NCBI RefSeq assembly: GCF_001194135.2
Contig: NC_068995.1
Location: forward strand, 38,500,571 to 38,564,570
Direction: 5' to 3'
From: Octopus bimaculoides
Lineage: Eukaryota
Length of the DNA: 64,000 bases
Shown here: positions 14,191 to 25,809 of the stretch, piece by piece
Position numbering within the stretch: the first letter of the stretch is position 1
How the letters are laid out: every line of letters starts with the position of its first letter
Program-made: the position numbers and the translations under genes
The notes under the pieces: generated by a model
The model's database searches: none
What the model saw: the letters and a program-made list of their open reading frames with translations, nothing else
Told to the model about the DNA's origin: nothing

Positions 14191-14379
14191 CAGAATTAGA
14201 AGGCATTACACTGATCCGAGGGATCAGAACAAGCTATCCCACATCACCTCCAGTCAATTTTTTGCAGATACAATTTTATATCTTGTGTCGTTACAATGAC
14301 CGTTTTTGGTGATCAAGATTTCTGATTAACATTATTGGTGCTCCAATTTCTAATTTAATCTCATGCGGAAGTAGACCAC

Positions 14380-14884
14380 AGATAGAAATTCTTCTCTTCT
14401 TTTGTGTGATAAATTATCTCGGGCTGCACAATGTTATTGAGCATCTTGATGTAGAATTTCTTCCCTTCTTTTGTGCGATAAATTATCTTGGGCTGCGCGA
14501 TGTTGTTGAGCATCTTGATGTCGAACTTCTCTTCTTTCCTCTGAAAAATTTTCTCAGATGTCTTGAGCATCTTGATGTAGAATTTCTTCTCTTCTTTCCT
14601 GTGATAAATTCTCTCGCACCGCGCAATGTTGTTCACCATTTTGGTGTAAATTTTCTCCTCTTCTTTCCTGTGATATATGTTCTCTTGCTACTGTATGTTG
14701 TTGAGAATTCTGTTCTAAAATTTCAGAGCGTCGTGCTTGGCTCAAGTTAGCCCACGCTTTTCTCCGTCGTGCAGCATTTATATTTCTTACAGCTTCTCCT
14801 CGGTCACTGCTCAATCTTATTCACCTCTCCTGCTGACGAAGTCTGGCTGCCTCTCTTCTCTGGTTAGCGATATCAATATCCATA
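14380..14884 (-). repeat. Decayed coding-like tandem repeat, 69-bp unit (23 aa, approx. ENLSQERREEILHQDAQQHRAAR), about 5 copies
   Basis: GAGCATCTTGATG recurs at 14439, 14508 (+69) and 14565 (+57). One minus frame runs from ATG at 14884 (MDIDIANQRREAARLRQQER...) through all units with only a few point stops. Confidence 0.8.
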
Positions 14885-16189
14885 ACGAGGTTCTAATAGT
14901 TACAAAAAGAGAGTGTGTGTTTAAGCAGTGACTTCAAATTTATCAAAATAAAAACGTAGCACATTTAAGAGGTTTTCAGGGTGCATAATTATTTTGAAAC
15001 ACCACTTTATATTCTGCTTCGTATCCATCATTATAGTATGGATTTTAATGAGCAAATATTTAAAACATACAGGTAATAATAAATTTAAATAGAATTACCT
15101 TCCACACGTCCTTTAACTTTCAAACTTTGATATTCACGAACCTTTAAATCTGTGAATCTCAATATTTTTTTTTACCCATCAATCTATTACAGGAAATTAC
15201 ACCTCCTTCTACGCCAACTTTTACTGTATTTGAAATAGTTATTTTATTTTATTTTCTCTCATCTTCCTTCTTATCCTACCAACGGCTTTACCATGCTGTC
15301 ATGTTAAAATCCAACCATGTTGCTTGCGGTACACTAACACAGGCGAGTATCATTTATAGGAGATTTAGTTGCTCTTTGTCGCAAATCGGGCGACTGCATA
15401 GATGATTTGTTGGAGTATCAATTGCTGAAAGAAGAACAGATAAGAGAACAGAGTTCCCAATGTTAGAATACTGCAAACTATGTACCAACGTTTCTTTTCA
15501 TTTCAACTATGCATCTATTGTTTCTCTCACTTTCTCTTTTTCTCTCTCACTTCCTCCGTGTCCCTCTCTCTCTCTCTCGATTTTAATTTAAGAATGTGTG
15601 TATGTATCTATGTATCTACTTTTTTCAATCTATGTATCTATTTTTCTTTGTATGTATGTGTTTACCCTGAAAAAAAAAACTGATACACATTTTTCGTCTC
15701 TTCCTTTCAGTCACCGCGCTCTCATTCTATCTCTCTCACTCTTTCCTTTTCTCTCCCGTTTAAATAGAATTATTTAATCTTAGTATATGTGATACCATTC
15801 TTTCAAGTTAACTGCTTGAATTTCTTCCTATGTATTTAACTACTTGAATTTCTTTGTATCTCAATACTGAAGAAAAGTGTGACGGACACACGGACGTGGC
15901 TCTTATTATAATATACACTATTATTAATATTATTATTATTATTATTGTTGTTGTTGTTGTTCTTTGGTTGTATATTGAACATTTTCTTTGTAGTTTTATA
16001 GACAAAGTAACCACACGGTGTGGGTTAGTTTCTTGCATCTGTAGCCGTTAGGAGCGAAATTGGAGGTTCTCTAGCAAACACGTTCCACAATCTTTGTTTT
16101 AAAAAAGGAAGCTGATGGAGAGTATTAGTCATCTGCCGTAAAGCAGAGCCAGCTATCGGGAGAACGGGAAGACGAAATTTTAAAACTTA

Positions 16190-16420
16190 ATGACAGCAGC
16201 AGCGGCAGTGGCAACAGTGTTGACAGCGACAGCAACAGCATCAATAACAGCAACACGAGCAACAATTTCAAAACAACCGTCAAGATCTCAGGAGCAGCAA
16301 AAGAGAACGATGACAACAAAAGGCAACATCAACACTAGAAAAACTACTACTGTCACCTCTCCCAGCGCTATCACTGGCAACAGGAAATTCACCACCACCA
16401 CTACCATCATCACCACCGAC
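16190..16420. repeat. Degenerate (ACA/GCA/CCA)n trinucleotide low-complexity tract
   Basis: Seen directly; explains the poly-T/A and poly-L ORFs. Confidence 0.8.
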
Positions 16421-16439
16421 TAAAAATTTAGGACAACGG

Positions 16440-19237
16440 AAACATTCTTTTACCTAAGCAAAATGGAAAGATTAATTTCAACACACTTAGGTTGGAGGGT
16501 GGTTAAGATAAAGGTGGCATAGGTACCACTAGATGTGGACAAGTCTTTGGTGGCTGTCGTATTATACGGCAAAGACAATGAAAACAAAATTGTGAGAGCA
16601 GAAAATGCCCAAGGAAAATTGCGCAGACATAGGAACAGAATTATTGATACCTGACCCAAGGTATGGAAGACATTTCTGACCTGAGCAATTTACTATTCGT
16701 AGCAGTCGAGCGCAGAATGCCGAGATGCCAGGTTGGTGGTGTGACAAACTACATTAAAAGCTCTCTGCTACAAGCAAGGAAATAGAAAAAAGGCCTCTGG
16801 TGCAGACATTTCTAACACGGCAGCACCATCATCGGAAACACCTCAAGAGGCGCAAGCACATATTAATCATGACCAAAAACAACAACGTTCCTAAAGCATT
16901 ATAAATTACAGGGCCATAGACAGAAACAAAAAGACCTTAAACAAAATTTTACAAGCATCTCTCCAAATGAATACATCGCACTCCTGCATAACATCCCTAG
17001 TGAGATAAAATTTCTAAAACAAGGCAATAAACTTATAAGAAACTGAAAGCAAAATGTCTCAAAAGAATCGGAGATTTCCTTTTGGACCGTAAATAAAAGG
17101 CTCTGCAAAGAAATGCTTGTGAAGACACTGCTCAGAAGAACAGCACCCATGTCACTCCAAAGAAACAGCGTAAATGTTTCTCTTCACTTTCCTTCCCTCT
17201 GACAAATGTAGCCTTTCTAAGAATAGGCTGTATAAATAGGCATTCTCAGATCACATTGGAAATAGAGCCCCTTAATCATTAGGTCACGAAGTATAGATGC
17301 CGCGGTTATCAGTGGAAAGATCTGGATATCAAGGTAAGGGCCATCTTCCCGTCCCAGAATGTAAATTGGTCGTGCTGGATGTGAACAGTTGAGATGGTGG
17401 CTGTTTATGCTCCGCAATGTTAGTATAAACAGTTTTTTTCAGACACCTGGAAGTTTTCCTATGAACGTCACAGGCATCAGCGCTGGAACTTCACATTTAG
17501 ACATGTGGATGTAGTTCATAATAGAGCGTAGAGTAAAATTCTTGCAAATCTACACAGACCGATTTCAACTTTCAGACAGTTGTCGACGAGATTGTGGACA
17601 TGGGCGAAAAATATCGGGTTATCTGGTTCGTATCTAGATAGAGTATTCTGTAAGCCAGTCAGTAAGGATGACACTAGTTGTCCACATTTTAAAACCGTCG
17701 AATATACAGATATAATGATTTGTGAATCTGCAGGGTCAAGCTAGATAGATTTCGTAGGCTAGGGACCCAACGACTAGAAGCTGATTATGCTACTTCCTCC
17801 GCGCCAAACTTACAGAGGCCGGAATAGTTTATTAGTTAAGCGGGAGTTGGCTGATCAATTGTCAACAACAATTGATGGTTTTCGCCGAAAAGAACAGTTA
17901 GATCAGAATCCATTAGACTTAGAATGTCATTAACGAAGGAAGCAAACAGAATGGAAGGAAACATAAAGTTTAGAAGAAGCACTTATAAAAGATATTGCAA
18001 CAGTCCAGCAAGCGGTAAGATTGGTCATCGACCAATCCATCAACGTTAAAGAGGTAGGATTCATTGTGGGAGCTAAGGCGCATGCCCTAACAAACGAGGC
18101 ACCGAAAGCTGCTCTATGGTCCCGTGTGACAACAAAGCCACAATAAATTCTTTAGGGAACCAAAACAGGCTCGTAGTACTCGAACCCGACCGGATATATG
18201 CGAGATTTGGGCAGCATTTCGCCCGAACGTTGGACGAATGGCAGACCAGAACGCATATCGGACTTCAATGCTTATATTGACGGCATGCCACGACAACCGG
18301 TAAGGGAGGCAGAGGTTGTAAGTTGTCAGTGAGACCAGCGGAAATGGGGGATGTGATGATGGGATGCACTGTTTGGATGGTCTATTCTGCGAGCATTACC
18401 TTTATATGCTCGATTTGTTTGGTAGCCTCTTAGCAAATACCTACCGCAGCTGACATCCGAACGGTAGAAAGGACCCAGACAAAGGGGATCAAATATAACA
18501 ATTTTTGTCTCAACCCTGTTGAAAGCAGATTTCAAACTTTTGGCCGAGAAATTAGCAAAGAGGTTGGTGCTGGTTGTCAAGGAAATGATTGGTGATACTC
18601 AAACATGCGCCATCCCAAGCATGTCTGTTCAAGACAATTTCCACCTAATTCGATACATAAATATGATGGGTAAATAAAATATCATGAGTAGGAACCTGAT
18701 GAATTTGGATCAATTAAAAGCATTCGATAGTGTTGGCTACCAATGCTTGGTAGCCCTCGATAGTGTTGACTACCAATACTTGGCTGTTGTTTTCGGCTCT
18801 GTTTTCCGTAGCTGGATTATCGTAATATACAGGGATATATTCTCAGTAGTTCAGATGAATGGTTAGTTATAGGAACCATTCAGCATCATGCAGTCGGTCC
18901 TTCAAGAGTGCTTCTATTTCGTATCTTCTCTATGTACTAGCACTTGAACCACTAATGCCGAAACCAGAGACGATGAGAGGCATCCCACGTGAAGAAAGAC
19001 CTTGGTGGACTGTGTCGGCCTATGCAGAAGTCGCTACCGTCATAGTCTCGATCATCAGGCTCATAGGTCTGATAAGCAATCTTCTAAATACGTGACGGTT
19101 GGAGAAGCAAAAATGAAGTAAGAAAAGTCAGTGGGCCTGCTGTTCTGTACTTGAATAGGCAGGTCGATGTCATTCAATAATGTGGAACGATGGATAGTGG
19201 GACAGATTAAATTCTCTCGCAGAAATGGGCCGAAAGT
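16440..19237 (+). mobile_element. Tx1/L1-clade LINE remnant (ORF1, APE endonuclease, RT), heavily mutated and 3'-truncated
   Basis: ORF1-like VPLDVDK...FVAVERRMPRC. EN-like GKLVVLDV, VAVYAP and YLDRV. RT-like TLLKADFKLLAEKLAKRL...QTCAIP...DNFHLIRY, NLDQLKAFDSV, YVLALEPL and VSAYAEVATVIVS (degenerate YADD), then EKSVGL. It stops at the mariner junction. Confidence 0.85.
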
Positions 19238-20060
19238 TCCCTGGCCGTTTTGTTCGACAGCCTTTCGTAACTGCCTCAACAAGTTGGCATAGTGCTGTGC
19301 ATTGATAGTGTAAAACTTTTGATGATAGTCGATGAACACAATGTCGATACGCATCCATTTTACATCAGCTTCCCTACTGATGAAACAAATTTGGACTCAT
19401 TTGGAGTAGGTTCGGATGGGTTACTTCCCCTGAAAAGATTGTTTCTTTGTCTTTGGATCAAAGTGATGAACGCGACATTCATCATGATTTAAGAAGAGTT
19501 GAAAGAAACAGCCTGGTTCACTTTTGATAAGCTGCCAGAAGACATGTCACCACAGAGAATAAAGCTTCATAATGCCAAGTGCATTGTGCAGAATATCCTC
19601 AACTCTTTCACATGATATGCTAATAGCATTGGCTTTTTGATTTATAGTCAATCGCCATGTGGTGAACATGATCAATGTTTACTCCGGTGGTATCAGTCGT
19701 AGGACATCAAGGCCTTGGGTAATCTTCAAAACTCTAATAAGCTCAGCTACCAACTTTTGCACTGTTGATATAGCTGGTACATCGTCCCCTAATGCAGGAA
19801 CCATATCAGCATGAATGTCATTGGGGCCTTAACCCTTTCTCTGCTGGTACTAATAAGACTACCACGCCAAATTTTGTTGAGTTTCAAAAGAAATCATTAA
19901 TAGTAATTTTCGAGGTCTTAGAACAGTCAGATGTCAGTTTACCTGGGAGGAAACACTGTTGTTATTAATGAGACGAAAGGAACGTAATGCATGCAAGATT
20001 TTACAGCTGTAGCATCACTACTCCACAGTTAATGTATGGACTTTTCATACCACCATCTTA
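19238..20060 (-). mobile_element. Mariner remnant (third family), 3'-truncated
   Basis: Minus frames give DIHADMVPALGDDVPAISTVQK, ERVEDILHNALGIMKL, HHFDPKTKKQS and IVFIDYHQK.YTINAQHYANLLRQLRKAV...KRPG. A degenerate TIR (GGTGGTATGAAAAGTCC on the minus strand) lies at about 20038-20060. Confidence 0.85.
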
Positions 20061-20887
20061 TTGATGATAACATTTGACCCTTTGTCAACAGCAAACGTAT
20101 GATCAAACCAGTAACAATATTTACGCACTATATCACATGCATAGAGGTACACAAGAATAAATACATTATATACAGGCACACACACATAATTATGAAAAAT
20201 CTAACACGCACACTTGTACAGACGCGCGAGCGCGCACACATACACACATGCACTTGCACATATATAATATATACGTTTATATCACAAACGAGATATTATG
20301 GTATTTGTATAATAAATACATACACACAAGTAATTCGAAACAAAATACAGATATTTACGGCAATACAGCTGAAATAATTTCAAACAAATTGATAACATTT
20401 TTTTCTGCCTACGTGCAAATTTGTTATGAATATAATCGTTATAAAGTACATACGCAAATGACTAAATTGTTAAATTCATAAATTTCAAAAGATTTACTAA
20501 AATCCCTATTAATATATTGGCATTGAACAAGAACAGCGATTACGCGAACATATCTTCGTTGATCATAGCACGTAAAATGTATCGTTTACTTAAAAATAAA
20601 ATTGAAGGGCATGTGGAGTACTTTCAATTTTCTAATTAAAATATATATGTTAAACAGGTTTTACGATGTTAATTTTGTGATATGTTATTAATGGTGCTTC
20701 GGTGATTCAGAGCAAATATNNNNNNNNNNNNNNNNNNNNNNNNNNNNNNNNNNNNNNNNNNNNNNNNNNNNNNNNNNNNNNNNNNNNNNNNNNNNNNNNN
20801 NNNNNNNNNNNNNNNNNNNNNNNNNNNNNNNNNNNNNNNNNNNNNNNNNNNNNNNNNNNNNNNNNNNNNNNNNNNNNNNNNNNNNNN

Positions 20888-20933
<46 letters not shown>

Positions 20934-21669
20934 GAAACAATTTATATATAATGGGCATTACATATATTTCTGTATTGGAGTAAATTCTGCTTAGAGCAGT
21001 TGCCAGTAATCTTCATACGTTTGTTACAGATAGGTCTACACAGTTAGTCAATTGATAAGTTGAGAAAAGTTGAACGACCTATAGAATTAAGGTTATATTC
21101 GCCAGAGTCATTTCTGGTTATAACAAGACAGAACACTGAAGATATGGTAGATGCATGGGGAAGCGGCGGGGGAAAGGCATAGGGAAAAAAGATAAATTGT
21201 GAAGGAGAAGAGAAGTGATGATTTGGAAGGAAGGGGGGACCAAAGTAAAGAGGAAGAAAGAAAACAATAAAAGAAGGGATACAAAGAATAGAAGAGGGGA
21301 CGAATTCTATAGGAGAAAGGAGATAGTATGTCCGAAAGTATTTGTATTGTTTTTAGGTTTCATATTCTCCAAATATTGTGTTGAAATTTGATATGGGCCC
21401 CTTACACACATGGTCATCTTGATCTTTTAATATTTGGTCATTTGTGCTATCATGCATATTACCATTTCTCTTTTGTCCTGTATTCGTTTCATTCATTAGA
21501 GTGAGGCCATGCTGAGGCACCGCCTTGAAGGAGTGGTACATATTTTATCGTTCTATTGCCGAACAGTGACGTAAACACACCAATACCGGTTGTCAAGAGG
21601 TGGTGGTGTTGGTGGTTGACAAAACCACACACACATACGACCATATATATATATATTGTGTTGGTGTGT

Positions 21670-23388
21670 GGGGGGGTCAAGTTAGTCTCATTAACTGTGG
21701 TGAGGGCAACTCTTCTAAGAGAGGGATACTCTGGCATAAAACCAGGTCATATTAATGACAGTCCCTTAACTGGCTGCACTCTCAAAGTCATGAGTGTCGA
21801 TGGGGTTAGACTGGGCTCCTGTTTTGAAAACAAAGCCGTGATTAAGACAACCATTGTAGGAGAATACAGCTCTGAATTCAAATTGACTTAACACTGCTGG
21901 CTTGCAGTATACTTTTGAGGAAAAGCCTAGGAGAAGGTACTCCGATATAAAACCTGCAGTCAACTCAGTACTAGTCATCTTGTTTTGCTTGTCACTGGAA
22001 TCTACTATTTTGACCCGAGGTCAAAATGTTGCACAAGCATTTGTCACTGAAATCCAATGAAGTACAGATATCCCTGACAAACTCTATCATCGTACAATCA
22101 TCAGTTTTCAAAAGTCGTATGGCGACAGAAGCGTGGCGACAGAAGCGTGGCAACGTATGCAGACTTGACCTGCTGGAAGGTCGCAGTTAAAATCTGCACA
22201 TAAGACGGCAAGGTTCTTATATTAACATCGGTAACATGTCTTCATAGACAGGAACTGTTTTTGGCGGAAAATCCTGTTTGTGAGCAGTCCTTTTAAGGAG
22301 AGCACTACTCACCTGTATTTACTAGGAATATGCTAGAAATGGTGCACTAAAAATTGTATGTCCCCTCTCTGCTGGTTAGTTTACTGTGGCTAGCGGTAAT
22401 TCAATTTAGCAGGAATAAACAAAGAATTGATATACACAATGATAACAAATATGCCAGGAGTAAGGTTTCTCTTGATTTGGCCTGTTGGAATGTGAGAACT
22501 CTTTCAGATCGAGCAGATATGCCTGAAAGAAGAACAGCTCTAGCAACTAAGATCTAAGGCGTCGTAATGTGGATATTGTAACACTTTCTGAAACACGATG
22601 TTCAGATGAAGATCATCTTGTCGTAAAAGCGACAGGTTTCACATTATTCTGGGTTGAGAAGACGAAGGGAGAGAAAAAGGAAAGTGATGTTGGGTTTGCA
22701 ATTAGAAATGATTTACTAAAAGAACTAAAACACCCACAAAGCATAAATACACGCATAATGACATTCCTGATCCCTCTTTCTTGAGGGCGTTTTGTAACTG
22801 TTTTGCAGATCTTTTCCACAATCCGTCTGTTATCAAAATGGATATCATAAGGAACATTCCGCAAAGAGAGATACTGCAACACATGCATCACTGGTTACCG
22901 TGTCAACTGCCTTAGTTAACCTATGAAGACCTGGTACACTGGCATTTGTCTCTCGAAGCATTTCTCTTGAACCTGCCTCACAGAAAATATCATCTCCATT
23001 GTTTCTCGCTCATGTCTGATTCCACACCGTTCTTCAGGAATCACACGTGGACACACAGTCTCAAAAAGGCGATCTAACATGATCCTTGAAAGTATCTTCC
23101 CGGTATGTGCCAGTAGAGTTAACCATTTAGAATTACCACACACTGCTTTTGGGCCCTTACCTTTGTATACAGAGATTAGAATGCCATTTATCCATTCCTG
23201 TGTCACAGAAAATTCATTCCAAACTCAATTTATCGGGTTATGAATTTCAGATGAAATATGATTCCCACTTGATTTCAGAACATGATATTTTCTGTAATGT
23301 AGGTTCAAGAGAAATGCTTAGAGGGAGAAATGCCAGTACACCAGGTCTTCATTGATTAACTAAGGCATTTGACACGGTAACCAGGGAG
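21670..23388 (+). mobile_element. RTE (BovB-like) LINE remnant: putative 5' UTR, APE endonuclease and an internally inverted RT fragment
   Basis: Plus strand: LACWNVRTLSDRADMPERRTAL, DIVTLSETR, GFTLFW, VGFAIRN, INTRIMT. Minus strand 22891-23280: QEWINGILISVYKGKG...LTLL.HTGKILSRIMLDRL...EERCGIR. Plus strand again at 23282-23388: D.TKAFDTVTRE. The 5' boundary is uncertain. Confidence 0.85.
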
Positions 23389-24189
23389 GTATATATATAT
23401 ATATATATATATATATNNNNNNNNNNNNNNNNNNNNNNNNNNNNNNNNNNNNNNNNNNNNNNNNNNNNNNNNNNNNNNNNNNNNNNNNNNNNNNNNNNNN
23501 NNNNNNNNNNNNNNNNNNNNNNNNNNNNNNNNNNNNNNNNNNNNNNNNNNNNNNNNNNNNNNNNNNNNNNNNNNNNNNNNNNNNNNNNNNNNNNNNNNNN
23601 NNNNNNNNNNNCCTACTTTTCTCTACTTGCGCTACATTCTGTTTCTGCTGTCTGGAATATTGAATAATAAAATTTTAAATCATATATTTTCGTTTTCTTT
23701 TTCAAGTAATTTCCTTGTTCTATTCGAATGAAATATTCAATGCTTGTTTCACATAAAAAAGATAGAAATATCAAAATACATCTGTAATACATAATATTTT
23801 GGATCTGAATTAGTATTTATGTATATTTTTATATTTGTAAAACTGTTTCAAAATCGGGTCAAAATTAAATGTTGAACACTCAACCGCTACTCTAAGTCTA
23901 CATTCATGCATCGATGTCAGAAGCCAATACAAACTGCATTTCCGATGATGATGGCGCTGTTGGAAATATAACAATTTATCCGCAAAATCTACGGTTCAGG
24001 ACTTCTTAATTGAGGTTTGTTTTCGGTACTCGACAATTAGTGCTGTGACGTACATAGCACAAATTTTTATTCACCACTAAAAAGAGAACTATATTTATAA
24101 TATATGTATTTTTTGTGTATATGTGTGTATGTACGTATGTATGCATTTGAAAAAAAAAATTATAAATCTATACAAATCAGATTATGATA

Positions 24190-24560
24190 TATAAAGGATT
24201 GAGTTGGAAACAGTACGAGATAAATCTAAGACATTCACATTTAGAAATAATTTAATAAAATGATTTAAAAATTATATAACAAAATTATAAACTCTCACCG
24301 GTTTTGACGATGAATTTCATATTAACAAATATTAATCAAAATTTATAAAAAGTAAAAACAATGTCTCATCTGTTTGGCGGTCAAAACATCCCTGGAGATT
24401 TCTTTTTATAGAAGTCTTATTTAAATATGGTTTGGTATAAAGTCCAAAGTGTCAAACACATAGAGAATGGGTGTAGTTGTGTATTGTCTGAAAAATCCAT
24501 ATAGGCTCCTGCCGAGAGAGTGACTTAAAAGCATTTACTGAATGGAGCATATGTCTAAAT

Positions 24561-24601
<41 letters not shown>

Positions 24602-25082
24602 TGTGGGTGTGGGTGTGTAAGTGTGTGTGTGTTGTGAACGATCTTAAAGTATGTTGGAAATATGACCACCTGTGTTAATGGGTTTGTATGTTGTGATGAA
24701 TGTCTTGTTAAGAAACGAATTAAGGTTTTCCTTCTTTTTTGTGTATGTGGGTGTGAAGTGTGATGATTTTTTTTTCTGAGTGTCTCCAAATGTGTGTATG
24801 TATGTGTATTTGTGTGTGTGATGTTTTCTTTTGTGTTTCTCCAAGTGTGAGTTGGTGTTTGTAATTGTTTTTGTTCTCTTGCGATGTCTTTTTTTTCTGT
24901 GTATGTGTGTGTACGTGCGAGTGTGTTTCATGGTATGTTTATAATTTTCTATTAATATTTGATAAGATGAAATTCATCATCAAAACCGATAATATCTTAT
25001 ACTCGATTTATATAACCTTTAAGTCATTTTATAAATATCTTTCTCAATTGAAATGTCTTGGTTTCAACTCCACATCTTATAC
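24190..25082. repeat. Repeat with about 150-bp imperfect terminal inverted arms (24190-24345 and 24943-25082)
   Basis: Core CGGTTTTGACGATGAATTTCATATTAACAAATATTAAT (from 24299) matches the reverse complement ending at 24988 with 3 mismatches; weaker similarity extends outward. Confidence 0.75.
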
Positions 25083-25454
25083 ACACACATACACACATAC
25101 ATGCATGCACGCATACACACACACACATAACTTTTTGAAGGGTACAAATACTTCTTAAATAGATGTTAGCATCCAGGTGCCCCGCTTTTATCCAGTGTAT
25201 CAGTGAAAAACTAAAAGATGTTACTTTCACATTGATGGATATAGTTATATTAACAATTAAAAATTAGAAAATGGTGAAAATGTTCTGTCCATGACGAAAT
25301 GTTCAATTAACTATATTCAATAAGAATCTCTAAATTAATGTCCCTAATTTGAATTACTTGGGCATGGAAACAGTTGTAGGATCTGTTACATTGATATTGT
25401 TGGAAATTGGATTTCTTTCAATAAATTTTCGCATATCAATTTCCCCATGTTCTT

Positions 25455-25466
25455 TTTCATATATCC

Positions 25467-25550
<84 letters not shown>
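25455..25550. repeat. (ATCT)n tetranucleotide microsatellite
   Basis: Seen directly. Confidence 0.95.
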
Positions 25551-25552
<2 letters not shown>

Positions 25553-25809
25553 ATGTATGTATGTATATATAAATATATATATATATATATGTATGTATGT
25601 ATATATAAATATATNNNNNNNNNNNNNNNNNNNNNNNNNNNNNNNNNNNNNNNNNNNNNNNNNNNNNNNNNNNNNNNNNNNNNNNNNNNNNNNNNNNNNN
25701 NNNNNNNNNNNNNNNNNNNNNNNNNNNNNNNNNNNNNNNNTATATATATATATATATATACATATATACATACATACACATATATGTGTGCGTGTGTGTG
25801 TGTGTGTGT

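Noticed and set aside
14380-14700. Regularly spaced repeats as a possible CRISPR array
   Set aside because: The whole unit is repeated, with no unique spacers; the context is eukaryotic and there are no cas genes.
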